DNA from: Candidatus Fraserbacteria bacterium
GTDB lineage: Bacteria; Bipolaricaulota; Bipolaricaulia; RBG-16-55-9; DRXL01
NCBI GenBank assembly: GCA_947085185.1
Contig: CAMTVK010000003.1
Location: 64,001-128,000 of the forward strand
DNA: 64,000 nt
Direction: 5' to 3'
Both the position numbers and the translations under genes were made by a program. Below, one piece after another: positions 38,812 through 47,931 of this stretch. The notes under the pieces are model-generated. The model ran no database searches and was not told the DNA's origin. It was given only the letters and a program-made list of their open reading frames with translations. Each line of letters opens with the position of its first letter. Positions within the stretch are counted from its first letter, which is position 1.

Positions 38812-40692
38812 ATGACGTGCGCTTGGACGCCTTCCCAAGAGTACATCGAGCGCAGCAACATCTGGCGCTTCATGCAAAGATATCATATCCCAGACTACGC
38901 CGAGCTGGTGCGGCGCTCTCAAGAAGACCTTGAATGGTTCTGGGACGCCGTGGTGAAAGACCTCCAGATCGAGTTCTTCGAGCCCTACCAACGAGTGCTC
39001 GAGATCTCTGGAGGGATTGCGTGGGCCCGATGGTTTGTGGGCGGGAAGATCAATATCGCCCATAACTGCGTAGACAGGCACGCCCGAGCTCGCCCCGAGA
39101 AGATCGCGCTCATCTGGGAGGGCGAAGACGGCACAGTCCGGCGCGTCACCTACCGCGAGCTCTCTAGGGAGACGAATCGTCTCGCGAGCGCCCTCAAGAG
39201 ATGGGGCATAGAGAAGGGCGATCGGGTCGGGATCTTTATGCCGATGGTGCCCGAAACGGTCATGGCCATGATGGCCTGCGCCAAGATCGGTGCGATCTTC
39301 ACCCCGATATTTTCTGGGTTTGGGGCCCAAGCTGTGGCTGCGCGCCTGAACGACTGCGAGGCGAAGCTCTTGCTCACTGTGGAGAGCTTTTCGCGCAAGG
39401 GGGCTCGCATCGAGATGGGCCAGATCGCGCAAGAGGCCGTGGCGATCTGCCCCACGGTCAAAGACGTGCTGGACCTCTCCCCCGGCAAGGGCCCGCAGGG
39501 TCGGTCAGAATGCCCCACCGAACCCATGGACTCCGAAGACCCCTTTATGATCATCTACACGTCGGGGACGACGGGGCGCCCCAAGGGCGCGGTCCACGTC
39601 CATGGCGGATTTTTGGTCAAAGTCGCCCAAGAAGTCGCGCACCAAGTGGACCTGCACGATGACGATATTCTCTACTGGGTGACGGACATGGGGTGGATCA
39701 TGGGCCCCTGGGAGATCGTGGGGGGTCTCTCTTTAGGCGGAACTGTCTTGCTCTACGAGGGTGCTCCCGACTATCCCAGCGTGGACAGACTCTGGGCGAT
39801 GGTCGAGCGCCACAAGATCTCGATCTTGGGGGTCTCGCCCACGCTTATACGGGCGCTGATGAAGTTTGGTGAGGAGCCTGTCAAACGGCATGACTTGAGG
39901 AGTCTGAGGATCTTAGGTGCGACGGGGGAGCCGTGGAACCCTGACCCGTGGTGGTGGTTCTTTCGCACGGTGGGTGGGGGGCGGTGCCCGATCATCAATC
40001 TCTCTGGGGGGACGGAGGTGGGGGCGTGCTTCTTGTCGCCTCTGCCCATTATGCCTCTCAAGCCGTGCACCTTGGGTGGTCCGGCCTTGGGCATGGCGGT
40101 GGATGTCTTCGATCAGGAGGGGAGGCCGTTGCGGGGTGGTGTTGGGGAATTGGTGTGTAAGGGGCCCTGGCCTGGGATGACTCGTGGCATTTGGAAGGAC
40201 CCGGAGAGATATATTCAGACGTACTGGTCGCGGTGGAAGGACGTCTGGGTGCATGGGGACTGGGCGTCGGTAGACGACGATGGCTTTTGGTATCTGCACG
40301 GGCGCAGCGACGATACCATTAAGATTGCGGGCAAGCGTCTTGGGCCGGCGGAGGTCGAGTCTATTCTTGTGGGGCATGGGGGGGTAGCGGAGGCGGCTGC
40401 GATTGGGGTGCCGCATGCCTTGAAGGGTGAAGCGATCTGGTGTTATGTCGTATTGAAGCCGGGGCTCGATCCGAGTGATCACCTGCGTCGGGAGTTGCGT
40501 GAGCGGGTGGTGCATGCGTTGGGCAAGGCATTTGCGCCGGAGCAGATCAAGTTTGTGAGGGAGCTTCCCAAGACGCGCAACGCCAAGATTTTGCGTCGGG
40601 CGATCCGTGCGAGGGTTCTGGGGCAAGATCCTGGGGATCTTTCGAATTTAGAGAATCCGCAGGCGTTAGAAGAGATCGCTCGGGCGGTGTGA
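38812..40692 (+). CDS. Acetate/acyl-CoA ligase (AMP-forming)
   Basis: YTSGTTGRPKG, SGGTE, GRSDD, PKTRNAKILRR. Confidence 0.92.
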   Translation: MTCAWTPSQEYIERSNIWRFMQRYHIPDYAELVRRSQEDLEWFWDAVVKDLQIEFFEPYQRVLEISGGIAWARWFVGGKINIAHNCVDRHARARPEKIALIWEGEDGTVRRVTYRELSRETNRLASALKRWGIEKGDRVGIFMPMVPETVMAMMACAKIGAIFTPIFSGFGAQAVAARLNDCEAKLLLTVESFSRKGARIEMGQIAQEAVAICPTVKDVLDLSPGKGPQGRSECPTEPMDSEDPFMIIYTSGTTGRPKGAVHVHGGFLVKVAQEVAHQVDLHDDDILYWVTDMGWIMGPWEIVGGLSLGGTVLLYEGAPDYPSVDRLWAMVERHKISILGVSPTLIRALMKFGEEPVKRHDLRSLRILGATGEPWNPDPWWWFFRTVGGGRCPIINLSGGTEVGACFLSPLPIMPLKPCTLGGPALGMAVDVFDQEGRPLRGGVGELVCKGPWPGMTRGIWKDPERYIQTYWSRWKDVWVHGDWASVDDDGFWYLHGRSDDTIKIAGKRLGPAEVESILVGHGGVAEAAAIGVPHALKGEAIWCYVVLKPGLDPSDHLRRELRERVVHALGKAFAPEQIKFVRELPKTRNAKILRRAIRARVLGQDPGDLSNLENPQALEEIARAV

Positions 40693-40759
40693 CCCTTTGA
40701 AAAAGCCTCCTTGTCCAAGTATAATGGCGTCGAACACGCACCCAAAGCTGGGAGGTTTG

Positions 40760-41188
40760 ATGAGCTGGCTTACAAGACGAGGCGTTTTGTTTTTGATATC
40801 AGTCTTCGCGGTGATCCTGGCAGGCTGCCCTAAGGTCATCCCTGGGGTGAACATTCGCATTGAGGAGATTGACGCGCTCTGTCGCAATGCGACGCTCTCT
40901 ATCGTCGGCTTTCAGGGAAACGCAGCGATAGGGAATTTTGAGGCCGAGGTGAAACCAAGTGCTCGTGCAGAGTTTGTCATTCCTCAAGGAATCGTGCGAC
41001 GTATTGATCTTGCACGGCCAGTGCGGCTGATCGTCTCCCTCAAACAAGGAGGAAGTGCTGATTGCTTCTTGGCGAAGCGTACCTTGGTCTTCGAGGGCGT
41101 GCTCACGCAGAAGGGCACCGACCCCCGCACAGGTAATCCCGTCTACGTGCTCAAGTTCTACGAAGACTTTAAGATCGAGTATCGTTAA
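40760..41188 (+). CDS. Lipoprotein of unknown function
   Basis: SD GGAGG; lipobox LAGC. Confidence 0.7.
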   Translation: MSWLTRRGVLFLISVFAVILAGCPKVIPGVNIRIEEIDALCRNATLSIVGFQGNAAIGNFEAEVKPSARAEFVIPQGIVRRIDLARPVRLIVSLKQGGSADCFLAKRTLVFEGVLTQKGTDPRTGNPVYVLKFYEDFKIEYR

Positions 41189-41697
41189 AAGCTTTTGAGG
41201 GCACTCTGGGGCACAAGATAGAGGCCAAGCTTAGGATCAAAATATTTGGGGTCTTTGGCGTCGCTGCCCCAGATCCATCCAATGACTTTATATCTCGTCC
41301 AGCTCTCGCGAATAACGAGAGCGTATCTTTTTGCGCTGGACTCGTCTTTGCGCACGATCAGACGGCCATCGGGGCGGCTTGTTGTGCGGACCTCAAAGTT
41401 GGGGAAATCTGGGAGAAAATTTGGCATCATAAAGCTCGTGTTCATAAATTTCGCGAATGCCATCTCCCCACATGCGCCTTCGACTTCTGCGTCGCAGCTT
41501 CTATCAAAATTCGGCACAAGCCCGCGGGCGACCCCATTTGTAAACCGAAAGACCCCGATGATAGCCGCAATCCTGAGATCGTCTATGGAGAGAGTGACGG
41601 TGACGGGGGTACTAGCCCCGCCACCGTCGTCCCTCTCCCCACCCCTGTGCTGGTGCTGAAGGAGAGCACTCGGAGGAGGATTATTGGGTGGAGCCAT
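41185..41697 (-). CDS. Phage-type protein, possibly PD-(D/E)xK nuclease-like
   Basis: EGACGEMAFAK...FEVRTT...VIGWIWG...YLVPQSAL; start uncertain. Confidence 0.5.
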   Translation of the reverse strand: MAPPNNPPPSALLQHQHRGGERDDGGGASTPVTVTLSIDDLRIAAIIGVFRFTNGVARGLVPNFDRSCDAEVEGACGEMAFAKFMNTSFMMPNFLPDFPNFEVRTTSRPDGRLIVRKDESSAKRYALVIRESWTRYKVIGWIWGSDAKDPKYFDPKLGLYLVPQSALKSF

Positions 41698-41854
41698 ACT
41701 TCGTGCGCAGCTGCTGCTCAATCTGATCGAGCGTTGAGAGAGCTGCGTCTGGATCCTCGTCTGTGACTTCGATTGACCACCGATAGCCCTTCGCACTTCT
41801 AATGATTACGACCTTGACCTTTGGCGTTGTGAGAAACGTTGAGATTTCCGCCAT
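41681..41854 (-). CDS. 57-aa hypothetical protein missing from the ORF track
   Basis: MAEISTFLTTPKVKVVIIRSAKGYRWSIEVTDEDPDAALSTLDQIEQQLRTKYGSTQ*, starting 1 nt after the HU-like stop. Confidence 0.6.
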   Translation of the reverse strand: MAEISTFLTTPKVKVVIIRSAKGYRWSIEVTDEDPDAALSTLDQIEQQLRTKYGSTQ

Positions 41855-41855
41855 G

Positions 41856-42170
41856 TCACACCGCCTTCACGAGCGAAAGCTCCCCACCCGACTCAACGAC
41901 CTTGAGCTTCTTGCGTATCGTTTCTTTGAGCTCTTTACCAGCTGTGAATTTGGGCATGGCGCGGGGGCCGATCCTCCCCCCTGTCGCGGGGTTACGGCGA
42001 CTGGCCCGCGGGACCGGCCTGAATGTGCCAAACCTCGTGATCCGTACCGGCTCGCCATCGCACATCGTCTTGCTAATCGTCTCAAACATCGCGTCCACGG
42101 CCTCTTTGGCCGCCGTCTTGCTCAGTCCAACTTGAGCTGCTAGAGCTTCGGCCAGCTCTGTCTTGTTCAT
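41856..42170 (-). CDS. HU/IHF-family DNA-binding protein
   Basis: MNKTELAEALA...FGTF...RNPATG...PKFTAGKELK. Confidence 0.9.
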   Translation of the reverse strand: MNKTELAEALAAQVGLSKTAAKEAVDAMFETISKTMCDGEPVRITRFGTFRPVPRASRRNPATGGRIGPRAMPKFTAGKELKETIRKKLKVVESGGELSLVKAV

Positions 42171-42176
42171 GAGCTT

Positions 42177-42566
42177 TCACCCCCCCTTTGGAGACCAGAG
42201 CGCTGCGGCTCCTTGACTAATAGTCTGGAAGACGTCCTTAAGATTCTGCAGACGCTGATTCTCTGTCAGCACCTGACTCTTTGGATCAAGATTAATGTCA
42301 TAGCGCTGTTTGATCTCGTTGAACTCGTCTTCGATCTTCTTTTCGACTTCTGATCTGACATGGCTCGTCCTCGCGTAGACGACGACCGCGAGGATACCGA
42401 TGACGACCAGCCCCACGAGCATGACCATTCGCTCTGTGCTCTCCTTGAGCAAGAGCAGGTCAAAGTAGTCGTTGGGGCGTGTGCCTGTGTAGAGCGTCTC
42501 TTGCCCCGCAAGTGCACTCAGTGCACTCACTGAGCTTGCCAAAAGCACAGCTAGAAAGATCTTCAC
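42177..42566 (-). CDS. Exported/membrane hypothetical protein
   Basis: Signal peptide plus one TM helix; SD GGAGGTG. Confidence 0.6.
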   Translation of the reverse strand: MKIFLAVLLASSVSALSALAGQETLYTGTRPNDYFDLLLLKESTERMVMLVGLVVIGILAVVVYARTSHVRSEVEKKIEDEFNEIKQRYDINLDPKSQVLTENQRLQNLKDVFQTISQGAAALWSPKGG

Positions 42567-42570
42567 GATC

Positions 42571-42969
42571 TCACCTCCCGAAGATGCGCGCGGCTACCCA
42601 GCCGCACAGCTGTCTCTTGGTCATCGTGCCCGCGATCTGCTCGACCGCAGATTGCAGATAGACCAGATTGCGCAGGATCTTCCGACTCTGCTCGCTGTCT
42701 TTGTCTTTTAAGTGCAGAGCGAGCATCCCCAACAGGGCCTTCCGGTGCTCGTCTGGGATGACCCATGACGAGCAGATCTGCCGTCCTCTACAGATAAAGA
42801 ATCTAAACCGTCTCTCGGTCTTTAGCTTACTTTTGTCTTTAGCTACTGTCGTCTTTAGCTGTACTCTGTCTTTAGCTACTACTTCGTCTTTAGCTGGGTA
42901 AGGATAGGGGGTGTGGGGGAAAGGGGAGGGGTTCTTGACATGGACTTCGACTTGTCGTACAATGTTCAT
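42571..42969 (-). CDS. Putative replication-associated protein containing the iteron-like repeats
   Basis: SD AGGAG; PSPFPHTPYPYP followed by a repeat tract. Confidence 0.45.
   Translation of the reverse strand: MNIVRQVEVHVKNPSPFPHTPYPYPAKDEVVAKDRVQLKTTVAKDKSKLKTERRFRFFICRGRQICSSWVIPDEHRKALLGMLALHLKDKDSEQSRKILRNLVYLQSAVEQIAGTMTKRQLCGWVAARIFGR
42818..42895. repeat. Five exact GTCTTTAGCT repeats (iteron-like)
   Basis: Starts at 42818, 42835, 42851, 42868 and 42886 (spacing 17, 16, 17, 18). Confidence 0.85.
42935..42963 (+). promoter_or_regulatory. Counter-transcript promoter
   Basis: TTGACA-17-TACAAT, antisense to the element operon. Confidence 0.8.
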
Positions 42970-43033
42970 GCTACCACTCCTACCAATGGTAGTGGGGGTT
43001 CTGGAGATAGCTCTATCTTCAGAGCCCCTTATT
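42970..43033 (+). ncRNA. Predicted ~64-nt antisense RNA
   Basis: Starts 7 nt after the -10; hairpin GCUACCA/UGGUAGU with a CUCCU-containing loop; 14-bp terminator stem followed by UUUAUU. Confidence 0.65.
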
Positions 43034-43189
43034 GTTCCAGCGCTTCACGAGCCACTCCAAGACTCGCACTCCCAGTGACGATCCGATGATCGCCAGCACC
43101 AGCCAGAATATCAGCTGGCGCTGCTCTTCGACGGTAAGCATGAGAATCGTCTTGATCTCGCGCAACTCTGCTAAGATCTGCTGGTCTAT
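43019..43189 (-). CDS. Small single-TM peptide (holin/type I toxin-like); ATA start, or ATG at 43141
   Basis: (IDQQILAELREIKTIL)MLTVEEQRQLIFWLVLAIIGSSLGVRVLEWLVKRWNNKGL*. Confidence 0.5.
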   Translation of the reverse strand: MDQQILAELREIKTILMLTVEEQRQLIFWLVLAIIGSSLGVRVLEWLVKRWNNKGL

Positions 43190-43362
43190 TCACTCTCACC
43201 CCCTTTGTCGCGCTGATTCGGGGGCCCGCTCTCTCGAAGCCTGTCTAAAAAAAGAACCCCAACGATCTCTTTGCTGAGAAGTCGTTGGGATACCGTGTGG
43301 ATCTCGTCCAGAGAAACCTGATGGACCCCGTCCGCGTGTATGAAGAGTACTGTCTCTCTCAT
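43186..43362 (-). CDS. 58-aa first gene of the element operon
   Basis: SD GGTAGGAG; MRETVLFIHADGVHQVSLDE. Confidence 0.55.
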   Translation of the reverse strand: MRETVLFIHADGVHQVSLDEIHTVSQRLLSKEIVGVLFLDRLRESGPPNQRDKGGESE

Positions 43363-43384
43363 GGCCACCACTCCTACCGGATGA

Positions 43385-43413
43385 ATTGTAGCAGAAGTGG
43401 AGGAGTTTGTCAA
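43385..43413 (-). promoter_or_regulatory. Promoter of the element operon
   Basis: Minus-strand TTGACA-17-TACAAT. Confidence 0.75.
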
Positions 43414-43415
43414 GC

Positions 43416-43634
43416 CCACCTGCTGAGCCGGCGACTTCAATCGCCGGTTGGGGTATTTCAATTTTGCCGATCTCAAAGCTCCAAATGAATGGAAAGGCGG
43501 TGAAAAATCCGTGAAAAACTTTCTTGAGCCGGGTGCTGAAGCATCCGGCTCAGCAAGTGAAAGCCCACTCAAGAGGGCTGGCGAGCGTGCTTCAGCACGC
43601 TTCCACCTGCTGAGCCGGCGACTTCAGTCGCCGG
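43416..43634. repeat. REP/REPIN-like palindrome cluster with a 32-bp direct repeat
   Basis: ccacctgctgagccggcgacttcaRtcgccgg at 43416 and 43603; hairpins gagccgggtgctgaagcatccggctc and agcgtgcttcagcacgct. Confidence 0.75.
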
Positions 43635-43662
43635 CCCAATTAAGATTTGGTACAATGAAACT

Positions 43663-44571
43663 ATGAAGATCTTGATCAGCGATCCGTTGCACCCCGATGC
43701 GATCACGTGGCTCCAGCAGCAGCCCGGCGCACACGTCGTCGTCCAACCCCAGATATCTTATGAAGAATTGCTCAAGATCATTTCAGAATACGACGCGCTC
43801 ATCGTGCGCAGCCGCACCAAAGTCACCAAAGACCTGATCGCCGCGGGCAAAAAACTCAAAGTGATCGGGCGCGCAGGAACGGGCTTAGATAATATAGACG
43901 TCGAAGCTGCCCACCACGCCCATATTAGAGTTCTGAATGCTCCAGGGGCTAACGCCACCGCCGTCGCTGAACTCACCCTTGGGCTGATGCTCGCACTCGC
44001 ACGCGACTTGCCTGCTGCCATGAGCGCGGCTGCATCGGGCAAGCACATCACATCGTATGGGACGGAGCTGGCCCACAAGACCCTGGGGCTCATCGGCTAC
44101 GGGCGCATCGGGCGCGTAGTAGCCCATGTGGCGCTCGCGTTCGACATGAACGTCCTCGCCTATGATATTGCCGTGCCGGAGCGCGTCGAGCCGGGGGTGC
44201 GCTTGGTCTCTCTGGAGGCGCTCGTGCGCGCCTCAGATTTTGTGAGCATCCACGTGCCCTTGACCGCGCAGACGCGCGGCTTCGTCAGCGCGGAGCTGCT
44301 TGGGCACTTCAAAGCTGGGAGCTTTCTCATCAATACGGCGCGGGCCGAGCTTGTGGACGAGCTCGCCGTCTTGAACGCCCTGCAATCGGGCAAGCTCAAG
44401 GGCTATGCCGCCGATCTCTATGGGGAAGACTCCGTCCTGAGAGGCCATCCCAAAGTGCTCTTGACCCCGCATATTGGGGCTGCAACCGCAGAAGCCCAAC
44501 GCCGCGCGGGCTTAGAGATCGCTGAGAAGGTGTGGTCAGCGCTCATTGAATATTCCCGTCCAAGGTGCTAG
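43663..44571 (+). CDS. D-2-hydroxyacid dehydrogenase (SerA-like, no ACT domain)
   Basis: RAGTGLDNID, GYGRIG, INTAR, TPHIGA. Confidence 0.9.
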   Translation: MKILISDPLHPDAITWLQQQPGAHVVVQPQISYEELLKIISEYDALIVRSRTKVTKDLIAAGKKLKVIGRAGTGLDNIDVEAAHHAHIRVLNAPGANATAVAELTLGLMLALARDLPAAMSAAASGKHITSYGTELAHKTLGLIGYGRIGRVVAHVALAFDMNVLAYDIAVPERVEPGVRLVSLEALVRASDFVSIHVPLTAQTRGFVSAELLGHFKAGSFLINTARAELVDELAVLNALQSGKLKGYAADLYGEDSVLRGHPKVLLTPHIGAATAEAQRRAGLEIAEKVWSALIEYSRPRC

Positions 44572-44597
44572 AATAACACGGTGAAGGAGGACGGACG

Positions 44598-46730
44598 GTG
44601 AATTTTCCAAATGACGAGGAACAGAACAGGAGGATTCGGAACTTTCGCAATATCGCATTGGTGATCGTGGTGCTGATCTTTTCCGTCATTGTGCTGCAAG
44701 CGTTTTTGGGCAGCTCCGATTCTGCGGAGAAGCAGATTCGGTACTCGGAATTTCTTGCGCTCCTTCAAGCGGGCCAGGTCACGACAGTCACGATCAAAGG
44801 CGCGTCTTTGGCGACCGTCCTTGGGCGGGTACGCCCGCTGCGGGATAACCCCAAATTGGTCGAGCTGGATAGGCGCATATCCCAGACGCAGCAGCGCTTG
44901 GCGGAAGTTCAGGAAGCCCTCGTGCGCAAAGCGCGCGCAGCCGCCTGGCTGCACGCGCACCAAAACGACGCGACACGGCAAAAGCAGCAGATGAAGGGCT
45001 TGACCATACGAGCAAAAGCGCTAGAAAGCTCCCTGAGCGCCTTGCAGCAAGAGCGCAAAAGGACCGCCGACGAGATCAGCGCCCTGACACAACAGATCCT
45101 AGGAGCAGCAGAGCGTTTCCGCACCGAAGCGATCATCAGTGACGTGCTCCTCGAAGAGTTAGCCAAGAACAGAGTTCTGGTGAGCTTCGAGGGGGCAAGC
45201 GATCCTTCATGGATCTTTACCGCGATGCTCTCGCTGCTCCCGTTCTTTATTATCTTGTTGCTCTGGTATGGCATGATGCGGCGGATGCAAGGGGAGGGCT
45301 CAAGCGCCCTGAACTTTGGGCGCAGCCAAGCGAAATTAGTCACAAAAGAGTACTCGCGCGTCACATTTGACGACGTCGCAGGCATTGACGAGGTCAAAGA
45401 AGAAGTCCAAGAGATCGTGGACTATCTGAGGGACCCTCAGAAATTTACGCGCATCGGGGCCCAGATTCCCAAAGGGGTGCTCTTAGTCGGCCCGCCTGGG
45501 ACGGGCAAGACTCTTCTGGCGCGCGCGATCGCCGGAGAGGCCGACGTGCCGTTCTTCTCGATCTCAGGGTCGGACTTCGTCGAGATGTTTGTCGGGGTGG
45601 GGGCGGCGCGCGTGCGCGATCTGTTCCGCAGAGCCAAAGAAGAGGGCAAGGGCAAGCGCGGGGTGATTATCTTCATTGACGAGATCGACGCGGTCGGGCG
45701 CAAGCGCGGCGCAGGGATCGGCGGCGGCCACGACGAGCGCGAGCAGACTTTAAATCAACTGCTCTCGGAGATGGACGGCTTCGATAAGAACGAGCACGTC
45801 ATCATCTTAGCGGCCACCAACCGTCCGGATATTTTAGACCCGGCGCTGTTGCGTCCCGGGCGGTTTGACCGAAAGATCACGGTTCCGCCGCCGGACTCCA
45901 AGGGCCGCGAAGCGATCTTAAGAGTCCATGTCCGCAACAAGAAACTCGCTCCCGATGTCGATCTCAAGGTGTTAGCGCGGCGCACCCCGGGGTTCGTCGG
46001 AGCGGATTTGGAGAATCTCTGCAACGAAGCGGCGCTCTTGGCCGCGCGGCGCAACAAAGAATCTATCGATATGAAGGACTTCGAAGACGCTATTGACCGA
46101 GTGATCGCGGGGATCGAGCGCAAGGGGAGACTCTTGAGCGAAGAAGAGAAAGTGAAGATTGCCTATCACGAAGCGGGGCACGCCCTGTTGGGGAAGCTCC
46201 TGCCCAAAGCCGATCCCGTCCATAGAATCTCGATCGTCCCCCGCGGCGAAGCGTTGGGGTACACCTTGCAGCTCCCCCTCAACGATAAGTATCTCTTCAC
46301 CAAAGAAGAGCTGTTGGATCGCATGACCGGGATCTTAGGGGGACGCGCCGCGGAAGAGCTCGTCTTTGATGAGATCTCTACTGGGGCGTACGACGACCTC
46401 AAGAAAGCGACCGAGATCGCCAAGCGCATGGTGGTCAGCTACGGCATGAGCGAGCGCGTGGGGCCCATCAATCTCGGCCAAGAGAACGGCAACGTCTTCT
46501 TAGGGGTTGATCTGGTGCTCAACCGTGAGCACAGCGAGAAGATGTCGGCGCTCGTGGACGAGGAGATCAAGAATATCATAGAGTCGTGCTATCGGCGGGC
46601 CAAGGAGCTGCTCCAGCGCAATCTTGTGGCGCTGCATAAGCTCGCCAAGAGATTGCTCGAGGTCGAGGTCTTAGAGGGGGAGCAGCTCGACGCCCTGTTG
46701 AAGGACTCCCTGGTGCTGCAACCCGTATAG
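44598..46730 (+). CDS. ftsH: ATP-dependent zinc metalloprotease FtsH
   Basis: Two TM helices, [27 protein letters not shown]. Confidence 0.97.
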   Translation: MNFPNDEEQNRRIRNFRNIALVIVVLIFSVIVLQAFLGSSDSAEKQIRYSEFLALLQAGQVTTVTIKGASLATVLGRVRPLRDNPKLVELDRRISQTQQRLAEVQEALVRKARAAAWLHAHQNDATRQKQQMKGLTIRAKALESSLSALQQERKRTADEISALTQQILGAAERFRTEAIISDVLLEELAKNRVLVSFEGASDPSWIFTAMLSLLPFFIILLLWYGMMRRMQGEGSSALNFGRSQAKLVTKEYSRVTFDDVAGIDEVKEEVQEIVDYLRDPQKFTRIGAQIPKGVLLVGPPGTGKTLLARAIAGEADVPFFSISGSDFVEMFVGVGAARVRDLFRRAKEEGKGKRGVIIFIDEIDAVGRKRGAGIGGGHDEREQTLNQLLSEMDGFDKNEHVIILAATNRPDILDPALLRPGRFDRKITVPPPDSKGREAILRVHVRNKKLAPDVDLKVLARRTPGFVGADLENLCNEAALLAARRNKESIDMKDFEDAIDRVIAGIERKGRLLSEEEKVKIAYHEAGHALLGKLLPKADPVHRISIVPRGEALGYTLQLPLNDKYLFTKEELLDRMTGILGGRAAEELVFDEISTGAYDDLKKATEIAKRMVVSYGMSERVGPINLGQENGNVFLGVDLVLNREHSEKMSALVDEEIKNIIESCYRRAKELLQRNLVALHKLAKRLLEVEVLEGEQLDALLKDSLVLQPV

Positions 46731-46732
46731 AT

Positions 46733-47905
46733 GTGATCGCGCGGTCTATTGCGCTGCTTGGGTCGACGGGCTCGATTGGGACGCAGACGCTCTCCGTCAT
46801 TGAAGCCCTCAATCACGCGGGACATCATCTCTCTGTGGTCGCTCTGGCTGCAGGGGAGAACTTAGAGCTCTTAGCGGCGCAAGCGCACCGCTTCCACCCG
46901 GAGCTTCTTGCCATTGCGCGTGCGAAAGATCTCAGGCGGCTCAGACAGCTTCTGAAGCTCTGGAGCGGCGAGATCGCTGTCGGTGGAGAGGGGATGCAAG
47001 CGGTGGCCACTCATCCCCGCGCTGATCTTGTCGTCAACGCTCTGGTGGGTGCAGCGGGATTGCTTCCGACTCTCGAAGCTCTGAGGGCCCATAAGCCCGT
47101 GGCCCTCGCAAATAAAGAGTCGTTGGTCATCGGGGGACATCTCGTCCGAGGGCTCACCCAGGGCGAGTCGGGACGTATCCTGCCTCTGGACAGTGAGCAC
47201 AGCGCGCTCTTTCAGATTATGAGAGATCTTCGCGACTCAAGTGAGCTTGAGAGAGTTATCTTAACCGCGTCGGGCGGGCCGTTCCGCACACGACCGTTAG
47301 AATCGTTTGAGGCGATTACGGTCGCAGAAGCCCTGCAGCACCCGACATGGCAGATGGGCAAGCGCATCACGATAGACTCGGCCACGCTCGTCAACAAGGC
47401 GTTTGAAGTGATCGAAGCCCATTGGCTCTTCGATCTGCCCTATGAGAAGATCGCGGTGCTCATTCACCCTCAGAGCATCGTCCACGGCTTGGTCGAGTTG
47501 GTCGATGGGACTCTCTTCGCCCATCTGAGCACGACGGATATGAAGCTGCCCATTCAGTATGCCCTCACCTATCCGGAGCGCTGGAGATCTTCTGGGGAGC
47601 GACTCGACTTAGTGAAGCAGAAGCTCGAGTTTGGGCCGGTGGGGCGGGAGCGCTATCCGGCGTTCTGGCTGGTTTGTGAGGCGGGGCGTCGCGGCGGGAC
47701 TTTTCCCGTAGTAGCCAACGCTGCTGACGAAGTCCTCGTGCAGAAATTCTTAAACAGAGAGATCTCGTTCTTGGGGATCGCGCGGGCATTAGAGCGAGTG
47801 CTCGCGGAGCACCAAGGCATTGCTGATCCGAGCCTTGACGAGATTCTCGAGGCCGACCGCTGGGCCCGTCAGCGCGCTCGCGAGATCGTCCAAGATTTTA
47901 TATAA
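46733..47905 (+). CDS. dxr: 1-deoxy-D-xylulose-5-phosphate reductoisomerase
   Basis: LGSTGSIG, LANKE, DSEH, TASGGPF, HPTWQMG. Confidence 0.96.
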   Translation: MIARSIALLGSTGSIGTQTLSVIEALNHAGHHLSVVALAAGENLELLAAQAHRFHPELLAIARAKDLRRLRQLLKLWSGEIAVGGEGMQAVATHPRADLVVNALVGAAGLLPTLEALRAHKPVALANKESLVIGGHLVRGLTQGESGRILPLDSEHSALFQIMRDLRDSSELERVILTASGGPFRTRPLESFEAITVAEALQHPTWQMGKRITIDSATLVNKAFEVIEAHWLFDLPYEKIAVLIHPQSIVHGLVELVDGTLFAHLSTTDMKLPIQYALTYPERWRSSGERLDLVKQKLEFGPVGRERYPAFWLVCEAGRRGGTFPVVANAADEVLVQKFLNREISFLGIARALERVLAEHQGIADPSLDEILEADRWARQRAREIVQDFI

Positions 47906-47931
47906 TAAACACGAGAAGGAGAAAATCGCAT

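Larger units (their letters stand above)
41185..43413 (-). mobile_element. Small phage/plasmid-like element or remnant; no integrase seen
   Basis: Seven short, tightly packed minus-strand ORFs including an HU-like and a nuclease-like gene; own promoter, iteron-like repeats, antisense RNA; REP-like cluster at the right border. Confidence 0.65.

Noticed and set aside
39913..40626. 237-aa antisense ORF, and similar long shadow ORFs such as 21470-22537
   Set aside because: Antisense to well-supported genes; explained by codon bias; no motifs
42818..42895. CRISPR array
   Set aside because: 10-bp repeats with 6-8-bp gaps are far too short; no cas genes
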